From: Eledone cirrhosa
Lineage: Eukaryota
NCBI GenBank assembly: GCA_964016885.1
Contig: OZ024743.1
Span: 189,162,001-189,226,000 of the forward strand
Length of the DNA stretch: 64,000 nucleotides
Direction of reading: 5' to 3'
The translations under genes and the position numbers were made by a program. The first letter of the stretch is position 1. Every line of letters begins with the position of its first letter. The notes under the pieces are model-generated. The model had not been told where the DNA came from and made no database searches. It was given only the letters and a program-made list of their open reading frames with translations. Shown in pieces: positions 11,954 through 26,529 of the stretch.

Positions 11954-14900
11954 ATGGCCATATTAAGAGTAGGAAGTTTAAATGTTTGCGGCCTGGGGTC
12001 ACCCTGGAAGCAGGGTCGCCTGCTCAACGACCTCCGGTCGCTGGAAATGGATGTGATTGCCGTAAGCGAGACCAGAATTTCCGACACGCGCGCACTAGCC
12101 CCCATTTTCAATGACTATCAGATCTTCGCATCTGTTAGCAGGCCGGGAATGGGGGTGGGGTGGCAGTGCTGTTTAGGAAAGGACTGGATCTCGAGGTAAG
12201 GTCGATCTTCCGGGACCCGGACGGTAAGTTGGTGGTCTTGGATGTGAGCAGTAGCGAAGGTGGTGCCTTTAGACTGCTGGCCGTCTACGCCCCTACAGTG
12301 GCCGGACGACCTGACATCTTTAGGCACCTGGGGACCTTTCTGGGTACGTCTCGCCCTTTACTGTTAGCGGTGGACTGGAATGGCACCTTAGACGCACACT
12401 GGGATTGTGTGGGAGTAGCCGATAGGAGCGGGGGGTGCAAAAGCCTCAAGCACCTACTCAGCCAGTTCCAACTGTCTGAGAGGTATCAACTAGATTTCCC
12501 CAATGTGCCAGTATGGACATGGACCAACCGAATGGGGTCATCTAGATCGTATATAGACAGGATCTTCATTAGGAAAATAGATAGAAATAGTGTGAGCTGT
12601 CCACTCTTTAAAACGGTCGCCTATTCAGATCACAAATTTGTGATCTGTACGGACGACCTAAATAAAACGCGTAGGTTAGGACCGGGTTACTGGAAGCTGA
12701 ACATGTCATTTCCGGCACGTAAAGCTTACAGGGACCGAGTCAACAATTTAGTTAAGCAAAAGTTGACAGGGGGGATCATCAACAACAGATGGTGGGTGGC
12801 TCTCAAAAGAGAGATTAGAGTAACTTCGATAGAGTTCAGCAAAGAACTAGCGTTAGAGAAAAATAGAAAGGAGGGGGAGCTGGTAGATAAGTTAGACGAG
12901 GCTATTTGTAGTGGCATCGCAACTGACGTGCTAGCGGCGAGAATGGCATTAGACCATTTCTTCAATGCCAAACACGAAGGTTGCATTGTCAGAGCTAAGG
13001 CGCGTGCGCTGAGAAACGAGGGAACTAAAGCTGTTCGATGTGCCCGCGTGGTGGACGCGCAGCATGGTAATAAAACCACAATTTGATCTTTGGCGGACCG
13101 AGACGGACACGAGATAAGCGATTCCAAGTGGATGTGTGAGGCCTTTCGTGAGCACTTTGCTCGGTTGTTCAGAGAGAGTGGCGAGTCAGAGATAGTAGCG
13201 GATTTCAGTCCCTACCTTGACGGCTTGCCGCGCATCTCGACGGTCGACGCTGAGCGCTGCGAAAGGCCGATTACTTCAGCCGAAATTCAGGACGCCCTTG
13301 TCGGCTGCATGAGGCTCAAGTCACCCGGTTTGGATGGCCTGCCCTACGAGCTTTACGTAAATATGCCAGACTTGTTCTCCGAACTCCTCGAAGCACTCTA
13401 CTGCAACTGGCAGCAGAATGGGAGTATTCCCAGTTCTGTGAGCAGGGGAGTGGTGATGCTGATAAGGAAAGATGAGAACAAGAGGGATACATTAGACAAC
13501 TTCAGGCCCATAACTCTGCTCAACACAGAGTTTAAGATTTTGGCCAAGGTGTTAGCAAAGAGATTGGCGCTTATCGTCGAGGATTTGGTTGGGGAGGTGC
13601 AAACTTGCGCAATCTCAGCCAGGTCCATACACGACAATCTCCACCTCATGCGATACATCATAGAGAGGGTAGGGTGTAAACCTGGCTTCGGTGGGGCACT
13701 GATCAATTTAGATCAATCGAAAGCATTCGATAGGGTCGACCATCGGTATCTGGAGTTTGTCCTCAAAGCAGCTGGCTTCGGCCCTGTCTTTAGAAGCTGG
13801 ATCGTTGCAATGCACAGCGACACATGCTCGGTGGTCAAGGTTAATGGCAACCTCTCGGAACCATTTCGGCTCTCCCGATCGGTCCGTCAAGGGTGCCCTC
13901 TCTCTTCCCTTCTGTACGTATTGATTCTCGAGCCTTTACTGCAGAAGCTGGAGCTGTTGCAGGGCATCCCGCTCGAACTGGGACATGGAAAGGCGGTGTC
14001 GGCTTATGCAGACGACATCACCGTGATGGTGTCGAACACCTCAGAAATCGAGGTGGTCGGCACCTTATTGAAGGAATATGAAAGGTTGACAGGAGCCAAA
14101 CTTAACCCGGAATAGTCGGTGAGCTTGCAGCTCGGAACCTGGAGAGCCAAGCCCATGCCGTCCAACAGCGTCATGGGGCGCTGGACGGACGGACGGACCG
14201 GTAAAGTTGCTCGGGGTTTGGTTCGGACCAGACCTCCAGGTGGAAAAGAATTGGGACGAGGTAAAGAGCAGAGTAGCCAGTCTCACCCAAAAATGGACTG
14301 GGAGGAAGCTATCACTGAAAGGTCGCGCAAAGGTGGCGTATGCGTACATCGTGTCCGTCATCTACTACCGCCTGACCGTCGTGCCTTGCCCCCGTCCGCA
14401 CCTTGTCAAGCTGGAATGGCTCCTCTTCAAATTCTTGTGGAGGGGACAAGTTCCGTTGGTGAGGCGGTCCATCTGCTGCCAGCACCCTCTACGCGGAGGG
14501 CTGGGCATGTCGTGGCTAATGATGCGCAGACATGCGTTGAGGCTGCGACATCTCTAGATATTCTGCCTCAACGGTGAATAGGTGTGGTCGCCGTTTATCA
14601 GACGGGCCTTTCCGCAGCTCATTTCTTTGACTGAGCTGCAGTCCTGGGTCAAGAAGAGACCGAGACTTCCACTCTCGAGTTCTATAGAGGATTAGTGGTG
14701 GGCAAGTGCGATGACGCACTCGGAGAAGCTTTGGGCCTCGACGAAGTCGAACTGACCAGTCTGTACCGGAGGACTTTTGAGCCGGGGACGATGGACAATT
14801 TCCAGAAATCCCTCACTTGGCAGTGCTACCGGGGGCACTGCCGGTTCAGGATAAACTCTACATGCACGGAAGTGCTGTCAGACGGACCTGCCCAAGATGC

Positions 14901-15288
14901 CGTTCTGCACGCACTTGTCCAATGTCCGTGCATTACTGACTTGTGGAGGTATGTCGAACAGCTACTGTCACGTGTAGAACGAATCCGGCTATCGGCCGAG
15001 TCCATAGTGAAGATCCATCCACCGCCTTCCTTAGGTCAGGAAGAGCAGGAAATTTTCCTCTGTCTGGTGGCAGTTGCGAAAGAGATTATATTGTGGACCA
15101 GGTTGAAAGGACTAAAGACAGACACTTTTCTCTTCGGCCAATCCCTCATCAACTTCTTCAAGTTTCACCTGGAAAGAAAGGTGAGGGTGGAGAGAGAAGT
15201 GCTGCCCCCCAGTACATTTGCTATAAGGTGGGTGAATGTGGCGAGAATGGCTCGTGTGAATGGGCCTACTCTGACCATGCGCCTATAG
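11954..15288 (+). pseudogene. LINE ORF2 (apurinic-type endonuclease + reverse transcriptase), with frameshifts and stops
   Basis: GSLNVCGL, AVSET, LAVYAP, YIDRIF, SDHK, GYWKLN (EN); KSPGLDGLP, NFRPITLLN, DQSKAFDRVDH, VRQGCPLS, AYADD (RT); stops at 13084 and 14113, frameshifts near 12160, 14190 and 14836. Confidence 0.93.
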
Positions 15289-15549
15289 GCTGGCTAACTT
15301 GAGGAGAGGGTGCTCTGCCTGGGTGCCCTAGAAGCGCAGGGTGGTTCAGGATTGGTGGGGTACTCGAATCACCCCGTATCGGGGAATTTATTTTGTTATA
15401 TTTATGCATAGTTTATTTTATATTTTTATATTTTCATTGTTAAATTAGTCTTGCCATTGTGCACTTTTACTCGACCTTATTGTATACCCCCACTGTCCCT
15501 GTCTTTGTATTGTCCCCTACATGTCGGCCCTTGTGGCTAATAAATGAAA

Positions 15550-15583
<34 letters not shown>

Positions 15584-15665
15584 CTATATTTGCTACCAAC
15601 CCTTTTTTACTCAATATAAATATTCCATCTTGTCTTATTTGTTGTTTTCACTTTTTATATTTTCA

Positions 15666-15898
15666 TCAGTTTACTCAGCTGTAGAAATGAGATGATAGGG
15701 ACTGGAGTCCATATCATTCCACTGCAAAGTGGTCGTGGAGGTGCCACGGCAAAAAAAGCACCCAGCACTCACTGTAAATGAGGTTGGTGTTAGGAAGGGC
15801 ATCCAGCTGTAGAAATTAAGCCAGCATCAGTTCCCGTCCCACCCTTGCAAGCAGGGAAAAAGTGGACGTAAAATGAAATGATGAAAGATGATGATGAT
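15666..15898 (+). mobile_element. SINE family B, 5'-truncated copy with RTE-type tail
   Basis: Colinear with 38785-39007; ends GGACGTAAAATGAAATGATGA..(GAT)n. Confidence 0.8.
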
Positions 15899-17579
15899 CT
15901 ATGTCTGGGTACCCGTCACCAATAAAAGAAACAGTTGATTAGAATCAAACTATTTTGTTCAGTTTATATGCAAATACCAAGATTCATTAAAAGCTACAAA
16001 CAGCAATGATTAAATCTGATTCCACAGCCCAAAACATATTCAAGGTAATGGTGCCCTGTGCATTATATCCTTCATTTCTCAGTTGGATCATTAACAACTC
16101 TTGCCAGCATGGCAGAGTATAAGGCTCCCTTCCACTTTTTTGTCTTGTTTAGATTGGTATGGTCTAATGCTAATATAAGGTTTTCAACTGTAAAGTAAAG
16201 TGAAGGATATAGTTGTATCAATTAAACAGGATTCCTTCATTTCTGGTATAAACTCAAGGATTTTAGAGGAAGGCAGCCCCATTTTTTGTTAAGGAATCAG
16301 AGTATTGCATGATTTTGGTATCCATGAAATTCATATAATTTCCTTTTTGTTTATCATTTCTCTCAGAATAGCCATCTCTATATAAAGTTTTTTGTCGATG
16401 TTTTATGCCATGAAATGAACTGCCTCACAAGCGTAGGGATTTTCTATTTTGCAATGTCAATCATTGCCAGAGTTTCTGCCACTAGAGTGCTTTTGACAGT
16501 TCTTAAGATTTGGATTGCTAAGCACTGGATCTATATATTTATTGTTGCTACCAACAAGAAGCATAATATAATAATCCTGTAACTTCTCTTTTACCATCGT
16601 TTAGGGACAACAAAAGGGACAACATTCATCATCATTTTAGATCAGCTTTCCATTCTGGCATAGGTTGGATGTATTGTCAGGGCCCAAGAGCAGATGGGTT
16701 GAAATGACCCATATTGCTCATATATTTCATATTTTACATAGTTTCTATAGTTGGATGCTCTTCTTAATGTCAATCATCTACAGGGTACGCCAAGTGCATA
16801 TTTGAAGCACCAACACTGACTTTACAGGATATACTTGGTAATTTTATCGTAGCATCAGCATAGGCAGTTATTCTTTTTAAATGACCCTGTTTCCCTAATC
16901 TTAGAAAGACAATTTGAAACGTTTTTCCTACATTGCTTTCTTTACTGTTTTTCTTTTTTATGCTTAACTCTTATACAGTAAGGATTTAGCAGAAAATTCC
17001 TAAATTACTAGGGTCTGTTAATTCGATTGTCAATAATATATTTATTGGAGGACAGATCATTGTGAAAATGTTAATATTTAATTAAAGACTTAATTGTTAA
17101 TGTGATGTAGTCATAGTGATGTTTTGTGCATTTTAAGAATATTTTGCTAATGTGGTTTCATGTGGTACAAGACATTACATTTTCTTCTTTAAGAATGGAA
17201 CAACTCACTAGAATCATAACTCAAACTCTGGTCTAAATTGTGTGGTTAACCAATTTAGTAGATTAATTGAAATTCAATCTGCTTAGTTTCTGTTGTTTCC
17301 AACAAAAATATATCTTAGTTTCTCTATGTATTCATTTTTCCAAGTGTAATATTTTCTCCATTATCTTTAACATCTAGCCCAATGTACTGAACACTGCTAC
17401 TTCTCCAGACTTGACTTTCAATATACTATCTTTGGTTTGAAAAATCCTAGAGCCAGTAAAGCAGACATCTTCATGAAAAACAATTATTGCATGTTGTTTT
17501 GTTACCACAGTGCCACATAAATATTGCTTGTCATATTTTGAAGCTCTGTTTCTAACTCCATTAATTCCTCTCTATCTTT

Positions 17580-18170
17580 TAGGCACTAGGACCCTCAAGC
17601 TTCAAGTTTGGGATCGTTTATTTATTGCTGCCATGAAGTCTGTGTACAATGGCCTGAATATTTCTGCTTGGATAAATGGTGCTAAATCGAAACCTTTCAA
17701 TGTGGGAATCAGACTCTGCCAAGGATGTGTTGTGTTACCTCTCTTGTTCATTATTTTCAGCAGTGAATTGGCACTATCAGTAGAGGATTGGACGCCATGC
17801 TTTCTAGCATAGTTACGTCCCTTTATGGTCTCAGTTCTAATCCTGTCGAGGTTAATTTTGCCTTCATCCTTACGGGGTCGATAAAATAAAGTACCAGTAA
17901 TGTACTGGGTATTTGCTGGTCTTGTGCCAAAGTAGAAACAATTATTTTCATGAACAGGATTGACATTTGCAGCCAGTTTGGAAGTGGTGTCATAACTGAC
18001 CGGAGTAAAATCAGTCGGCTGGAATTTGCAGACAACAGTGTTAATGAACTCGACAGAAGGTGGTCTCCAACTTGCAATTGATCAGCTTGATGCCGAGTGA
18101 TGCATGGCTGAAATGAAAATCAGTGCAGTGAAAACTGAAACACTCATCCGCTCAAGGAAGTCTGAACATT
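17580..18170 (+). pseudogene. RTE-clade LINE RT fragment split by a SINE A insertion
   Basis: INGAKSKPFNVGIRLCQGCVVLPLLFIIF continues as MNRID..ISRLEFADN once the SINE is removed. Confidence 0.75.
17760..17940 (+). mobile_element. SINE family A with 10-bp TSD ATTATTTTCA
   Basis: TSD at 17750-17759 and 17941-17950. Confidence 0.92.
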
Positions 18171-19350
18171 TAAGTTACCCAAGATTCTTCCTAATTAAGT
18201 ATATCTTTCAACCACAGTGATACTTTGATATTGATTTTTGTTTCCTTTTTCCACATATCATAGAGTATCTTTCACATAAATTGCAATACAGTTAAGTTCT
18301 GCTACTTTGCTTAAATGTTACTAACAGGCTAAACATATCTTCATAAATATCAAGCTTAATGCTGATTAGTGAGGGCATTTTCCTGACAAGACAAGACAAT
18401 ATTCGTTTGTATTGGACTTCTGATAAATTTATTGATTTTTAATGTTTAATCTGAAGATTTATTAGCTTTCTATTTCGTTATATATTCTTGTTACACAGAT
18501 GATTTTAACACACTTTATCCTAAACAAATTCTTTCAAATATCGAGATTAGATAAAGATATTTCAATCACCAGAAACACACCATCTGTCCCATTAGATGCA
18601 CTTGTTTGATCATTTCAAGTCTAAATATTCGTTTCTTTGCATGATTCTTTTTATCAATCTACTCCAACATATTTTACTAAATATAATCTAAAAGTATAAA
18701 TAAAATAAAAAGTTTAAAATATGTTTGTAAATCTGTACAGTGAGAAAATTAAATACTTAAATGTGCAAACTGTCAACAAAGTGTTCCATAAGCAATGCAG
18801 CAGCAACATATGTTTTGTACTTGAAAACTTTATGAAAACATGAGAAACATTGTACCTGAGAGTTTTATCAATATTGAATTATAACAATCAAGATTCATGA
18901 ATTAATATTGTGATAGTAAGCATGCATAAACACAAAAACTCTCTCCTTCTCTCCTCTCATAGAACAATTGTCATAGTAAGCATGCACAAACATACCTTCT
19001 CTCTCTTTTACACGCATGCACACACAATCATATATTGATAACAAGTTTCTTGAATGATTTTCTTTTGATTACACAACTGTTTAATTAGATATAATTTTAT
19101 GATGTTGAATATATTAGTTGCAAAACAACGTCTGTTAAATCTGAATTATTTATTAAGAAATGTGCCATCATGATAAACTTATTAAGTTTTTCGAGAAATA
19201 TTTAGCAAAGGAAATTAATTGACTACCCAAAGACACAATACAATGTCTGCAGAAACAGATTTGACTCCTAACATATGCATTGTTAATGATTTTTGTTACT
19301 TCTTCACAAGGATATTTTGCATTGAAGGTAAGATGATATTCAATTAAAAT

Positions 19351-19540
19351 AATTGTTTCTACTTTTGGCACAAGGTCAGCAATTACCCAGTACATTACTG
19401 GTACTTTATTTTATCGACCCCGTAAGGATGAACGGCAAAGTTAACCTCGGCGGGATTTGAACTCAGACCATAAAGGGCCGTAACTCTTTGCTATAAAGCA
19501 TGGCATCCGAACCTCTACCGATACTGCCAATCCACCGCCC
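19351..19540 (-). mobile_element. SINE family A
   Basis: Full-length reverse-complement copy. Confidence 0.9.
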
Positions 19541-22500
19541 TATCCAATCCTAGTGACAAATTGGCTGAAGCATCAGATGAAATAACTTCAAACATTCATT
19601 ATGGCTTATTCCTTGTATTCTATCTTCTAAATATGCTAATGTTAACACTGCCTATTCTTCTTCTGGGGCCAATAAATAAAGTACCAGTCTAAAGTAATGA
19701 ACTGGCAAAATCATTAAAGTGTTTGGTGAGATGCCTTTTGATCTTGGTCTTTGTATTATCAGCTCAATTTTTACTATAGCCTACTTGCATGGTAAACTTC
19801 ATCCATTACTTGGTGTAACACTACTATCAGTACCTTGGCTGCCTTAGTCAACTGTTTCCAAAATTTGAGTGAAAGCCCTGATTTGAGGATACCTTCTTCT
19901 CTACATCTCACTAATCTCAGAGGTTCTAAAACGGCTCATTAACTCTACACTTCTCTATGACTAAATGAGAAAAAGATCTCTTGTACCTTATGTATATTTT
20001 TATGATTTTAGGTGAATTCATAAATAAAACTTTATCTTAAGATTAAATTTATCAACAACAGCTCACCCACAAAAGCAATTTATATTTTTTAAAATGACGT
20101 ACACAGGTAAAAGTGCTGATCAAAAACAAATTTTAATATTTCAAATGAAAAATATCATTCAACAAGGTTTGCTGACCAAAAAGGTATATAACCTATAACT
20201 ATTTTAAACATTTTTCCCACTAAACCTAAATGATATCATGTAGATGAATTCACTGGGCCCTATTTTTATCAACTCCAGAAAAAGGAGAAAATACAAAAAG
20301 ATCAACGTTTCAACTCATAACAGTTATTCAATTAACTAAAATGTGATAAATACTACAATGTAGACTTCGAGGTATAGCACCCAATCCCCAATCAAATCAC
20401 ACTATCATTTTAAAAAGGGAAAACTTTGTATAGTGTGGTCTTCGATGCACTGTGTCTGGTCATAGCTAAAATGCTTTTATTCATATGTCTGTTCAATCAA
20501 TATTCTACAAAGGACTAGAAAACAATGGTAAAAATTAAAATATTGACTAAAGCTAATAGGATAGTAATAGGCCATGTAAACAGGAATTAAATTGGAAACA
20601 TAAGGAAAAGAGATTAATGGCAGTATACAATAGGATAAGGTAGAGATTAATATCTCATGTTGGGAGCTTCAATGAAAGAAAATAATGCTTAGCAAAACTT
20701 AGCCTTTAGCTAGACCTCTTGAGTATTATAATAATCACTACATCTACATATAACAGGACTCACTCATTGTTTTCATATACATAGATACATACATTCATCA
20801 TCATTTTAACATCAGCTTTCCCTTCTAGCAAGGGTTTGACAGGTCTGCATAGACCTAGTCAGTACTGAAGCGAGGCTACTAACTTCTCAGATAGGCTAAA
20901 GGTCTGTTATCCCAGTTACATATAGTCTCACATTCTACTGAGTGTGGAAGAGAGGTTATCATTTCTTTGACACACCTGAAGGGTCCTCCCAACCCTTTAT
21001 TTGGCAAGCTTCGTATAGCTGGATGAACTTCCTATCACTGATCATATTACAGATACACTGGGGTGGTTATCAGGTAGATCACCAACACTCAGGAGGCAAT
21101 CATGTTTTTGATAACAGCTAGGGAGTGCTAGTGGAGGAGACATGGGTGGGGTGCATAAGAGGGAGGAGAATATCTAATATAGTTTGAATAGTGAGGGATT
21201 CTAGAGGCTTTAGAGTGGGCAGCAGCTAAGGAGTAGCTGGTGTTGTAGTGAGGGTGAAAAATAGCTGTTAGGGAGTGCTAGTGGAAGGGGGAGTTGAGGG
21301 ATAAAGAGGACATGGAGATATGTTAGGCCACATTGTATGCTCTTGGTTATATCTTCACCAGTACAGCATAGTGCTAGCCCTGATGGTCTTTTGTCATTTC
21401 AGTTGTGAGGCATAATTTCTTAAGATCAATCTTCACTATCTCATCCCACTTCTTCCTGTGGCTGCATCTTCCACGGATCCCAGCCAATGGGGTCTTTATG
21501 CATTTCTATATGCAGTTGCTATCTTACATCACATGTCCACACCATACTATGCCGCTCATGCACACTAACATTACACATCCATTGGAGCATACTCGATTCA
21601 TTTCTTTTTAGCTTCTGTCACTGATGTATATTAATGAAGGATAAAACCATTGGCAAGAAATTTAAAAACTGCGGACTTGCTCTTGTCATATTTTCCATAA
21701 GAAATATAGTTAGCAATGATTAGCTTGTGTGAAACCTTTAACCAAATTGCAATATAAAATAAATTAAAATATATATGAAAGAAGGGAATATTTGACCAAG
21801 GTGGCACTTGAAACATATTGGATCTTTACTGTGCATAATCAATAAAATAACAGGTTAATCTGATTGATAACTACAGCCAAGATGGTTGAAGAGCAACACA
21901 GTTAGAAATACATTGTACAGCAGACAAATCCCACCATTACCAACAAAATACACTGATAAAGTTGATTTATGATGCATACCAAACTAGATAAAAACAATTT
22001 TACTCTAAGGAATCTAAATCTATATGTTTGATAAGCAGCTCGTGGATTTATAGTTATCACAGTTCAAATTTCAACCCAGAAGTAATAAATTATCAAACAT
22101 AATAGGATGAATGAGGAATCAGCATGTTTAGGAAGTTCACATTTTTGGCCATCATAAAGTATTTGATATATTCAGTATTACATGCCAAACAAACTTGATC
22201 AGAAGTAATTGCTAATATCTAACGACAATAACAGTAGAAAATAGAATCACTAATAAAAATCACAACCAAATCTTTAAATAGTGTTGTAAATTATCAACAT
22301 ATGAAACAAAGAAAGAAAATTGTAAAAATATATGAAACTTCTTTAGAATGATTAACAAGTTTGCATTGAATGCTAGCTTCATGTTAAATGCAAATAAATA
22401 ATTTATTTAATTTTATTATTTTACATTCCTCTTCCCAAAGCTAGTGCAAGTGTGAAGCAATTATGTTTTTAGTACAATGCACTTTATCGTGCCAGTTTTC

Positions 22501-25500
22501 CAACAGTACTGTTGGAGTGCAAACTACTTTATCGCTCAGAAAATCCAAAGCAAATCCTTGTATGCACCTTCCTCAATTACATAATATGATTGCTATAATA
22601 TAATTTGAAATTAACCTTGTATAAGACGTCAGTTTTAATGTAGCCTTTTAACATCAATCTCACTGCTCCTCATATAATTCCTGGTATCTGCCTTCACCAG
22701 TAATACTAAAAAAAATATTCAAGTAACTTCTTATATAATTAAAAACAAATAATATCTGTAATTTTATTATGAAAATAGCATATTTTAAAAATTACCTATT
22801 ATTTAAGATTGTTATAAGAGAGATCAGAAAGATGCTTCAGAGATTAATCTTCATTTCCATCTAAAAGTAGTCTTGTTGAAGTTTACTTTGTCTTTTATGA
22901 CTTCCACGGTAACTCCAGACAAATATTGAGATTACATATAGAAATTAAATAGAAAATACAATTATGGTTTTAATTTAATTCTGTTCAATATTTTCTATAT
23001 TTTCCTAAATTTAATCTTGATAATATATTAGAAAGAAACTTGCAAACAAGTTTCAAGGAAACAATACATTTCACTCTTGGCATAACATTACTTTTCGAGT
23101 GACATTTATTGAAATTTAGTTTAGCTTTATGTTGTTTTAGAGCAATACCTATAAAATAAAGATATAATTATACTATAACATATCAACTGAATAAAATCAC
23201 TGAAATATCTACCTTTCATTTTCTCAATATAATATAAACTCTAGCAAGTGTCATAAAATCTTTTCTGATACAAAGTATTGGTTCAATAATTAAACCACCA
23301 AACCTGTAATTTCTCACTTCCAAGTTTGAGTTTATTCAAGGTCATCCCAAAGTTTATTATAAAAACTCCTTCAGAAGTAAGAGTTCAGACTGTTGATAAA
23401 TACTGGTTGTATATCAATTGGTCATCACTTATTTTATATAATGAGATCGTTACTAACATTTTCATTGAAGGATATTAAAATTGATTAAACAAATTATTTT
23501 CTACATAGAAAGTTTTATTTTCTGAAGGAACACAAAAACTTAATCAGACAACTCAGGAGCACAAAATTTAATTAATTGTTATATTGCTTTTGTCTATCAA
23601 ACAATATTATCTGATAAATGGAATCAGGTGTGTTTTCCAGTTATATCTGTTATAATTATGTATATAAATGACTGTTATTGTTCATACAAATTAAATTATG
23701 TTAAATAATTGCCTTCAAGATTTTCTTCAACACATTAATACTTATATAATATTATTAGAGAAAATTAAATGTTTTAATTTAACAAATCAGTTACCAATAT
23801 CTCGCCCAACAAGCTTTAAATAGCATCTGAAGTGTTCTTAAATGTCATACTGTTGTCATGAAAAAGAACGGGCACATTGGACAAGGTAATCATCAATATG
23901 CAAAAAAGCAAGTTGGTCAAGATATTGATCACATGTTATCCTAATTAAGGGATGATCTCTGGCTAAAACAGCAACATAAAATTTAATTGATTCCAACAAT
24001 GAAATGTATCTATCATTCTTTCTTTCTATTTTTCTGAGCTCTTCTTGAAATGGGTATGATTTTCTAGTAAACTACTGTAATACATCAATTTGTAATTCTC
24101 CCAATTAATACAAAATGACTCAGTTAAATGGTGTTCCAGGATTAACTAGTACATTGCTGCAAGATACTGTAGAATCTTATAGTAATAAACTAAACAATTG
24201 TACAGCACAATATCATTGATGGGTGTTTAAAATGTGCATATTGGGCTGGTAATTAGAAGAAATAGATCATTGGAAGGAGTACATATGATACAAATTGATA
24301 TGTTCATACGTTCATGAATGTCTCTAATCAGGAGAAGTCAAATACCCAATCTAATCTTATGGCAACCAATAATTGATATTTACAAAAATAGTGAAATTTA
24401 TGAAATATAATACTGGTCAAGATTCAAAGTTTATCTTTAAAATCTTATCTAAGATAAATGTCTTTTAGCACCAATATAATTTTTAATGTTTTCTTTGACA
24501 TAGTTATTTGATTTAGTGAAGATATAAAAAATGGGAGAAGCATCAAATAGTACATTGATATCACATTATAGAATTAGAGATGAGGTTTGCTAATGCACTT
24601 CTCCTTTAGATGCAAATATTAACACAAATCAAGCCTTGCCAGTGTACCATATCCTAATTAGTAATACTTTGAAACAATAACTCATAGGTTATTTATGGGA
24701 AGTTGGCCTCAGTTACAGTAGAATGCTTGTGGTGACTAGATTGTGCATTGGTAAATGAATAATCAAAACAGTATATTCAAACATATGAACAGAGAAAATA
24801 TTTTAACCACTATAACAAATTAGTGACACTAACATATCAGAGTCTTCTCAAACTTGAAGCATTATTCATAAGCTCATCTATAATTAACTTACTAAAAAGG
24901 AACTATATCTTGAAGTGAATTGAGGTTCATATATTCATGAGGAATATTTATGGGAAGTTTCAGAAATATAAGCGATATAGTAGGTGAAAATTAAAACAAT
25001 CAAATATACATGATAAAGATGCACAAATAAACTATCTTCTATTGAAGGAAGATTAACAAGAATAAACATATTTGATTCAACTTTTCATATTCTTATATAT
25101 AATCACAATTACTTAATTGTTAGTTTGAATACAAATAAATAAAGGTGAACGAATAAATAAAGGTGAACGAATGTGAGATTACCATTTAGAGTTGCTGCTT
25201 AGCCCAACATCTCTAGTGATTGATCAGGAATATAATCAAAGTCAAACAAACCTTTTTGTTTCAAACAGTATGCATCCAATACAATATTATTTAATGTTTC
25301 CTTCCTTTGTTTTAAAACAAAAGGTCTTGATTTAAGTAAGATTTGGCTATTATTGCTTGTGAGATAAACAACCATATAGAATTTCCTCTTCTATTTATCA
25401 GTGTGTATGTCACAGTGACTAGAGAGACCAAAGGTAAATCTATTTTTTTTTTATAAATAGACAATTAATTGGGTTATTTAGTTAAATCAGAAAACAAAAT

Positions 25501-25782
25501 TCCCCGTGTGAACCAAATTTTGTCACTTCTGATACTCAGAAAATCTTTCCACATTTTAGAATTTACAGAAGCAATTTCCATCCATTTGCTGTCCCCAGGC
25601 AAGCTAATGACATAGTCATTAATTATCCAATGGCATTACTAATCTCATTGGTGATTGCACCAGTACTCTTGACACCTATTTACAGCCTCCATTTTGAAGG
25701 CTTACAAAAATAGCAACATTTGTTAACATTAATCTAAAATATTCTGTTGAGATGTACACTACCAATAATAAGTGAAAGGAAA

Positions 25783-25968
25783 TAATTGTTTATATTTTTG
25801 GTGCAAGGCCAGCAATTGTCCCAGTGCATTACTGGTACTTTATTTTATCATCCCCGTAAGGATGAAAGACAAAGTCACCCTCGGCGGGATTTGAACTCAG
25901 ACCATAAAGGGACGTAACTCTATGCTGCAAAGCATGGCGTCTGACACTCTAAAGATACTGCCAATCCA
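25783..25968 (-). mobile_element. SINE family A
   Basis: Near full-length reverse-complement copy. Confidence 0.9.
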
Positions 25969-26529
25969 GTAGAAAATAATAATCATTGTTTCTGAGTTTA
26001 CTTCGCCCACATTTACTGTGGTCATTTCCAGAACCTGGAAGCATACATATACAAATAAATAGTAGAATAAAAGCACTATGTCTGTTCTGCCTCCATATGA
26101 TAACTCAATGGATGTTGAAGTTCACCATATGATTTTCAAATAGGAAAAGGTATAGTGTAACAGAGATAACATCTTGGCTCATGCAAAAGTGATAATATTT
26201 CCAAATCAGATGTGAAAGAAAAGCCCTATTTCAACCCACTCAGTGAGTATTTCAGTAGTTATTTATGAATACATATTCTATATGTAAGAGTTACTGGTGT
26301 ATGCTTATACATGATATAGTTGCAAGTAACAGAACAGAATAAAGGAACTAGAACTTGAGGGAAGTAGGCAACCTTAAAACCCATGCCATATGAAAATATC
26401 TGTCAATCACACATAATCGTTTGTCCAACCACATTGATTCTATAGGTTTGCACACTCATTGTTGTCATATGGCTAAACAACAACAACATATTATCAACTT
26501 TGTGCATAGTCTATGTACATATAAGATAT

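Larger units (their letters stand above)
9833..15551 (+). mobile_element. Near full-length L1/Tx1-clade non-LTR retrotransposon, inactivated, flanked by (ATT)n on both sides
   Basis: 5' UTR, ORF1 with zinc knuckle, ORF2 with APE endonuclease + RT + C-terminal H..xxC motif, 3' UTR with AATAAA at 15539-15544; (ATT)n at 9810-9832 and 15552-15583. Confidence 0.92.

Noticed and set aside
10275-14719. Antisense and alternate-frame ORFs over the LINE
   Set aside because: Shadow ORFs of a GC-richer coding region with no independent motifs.
22499-22516. 18-bp perfect palindrome TCCAACAGTACTGTTGGA
   Set aside because: A palindrome of this size is not unexpected by chance in 64 kb, and there is no supporting context.
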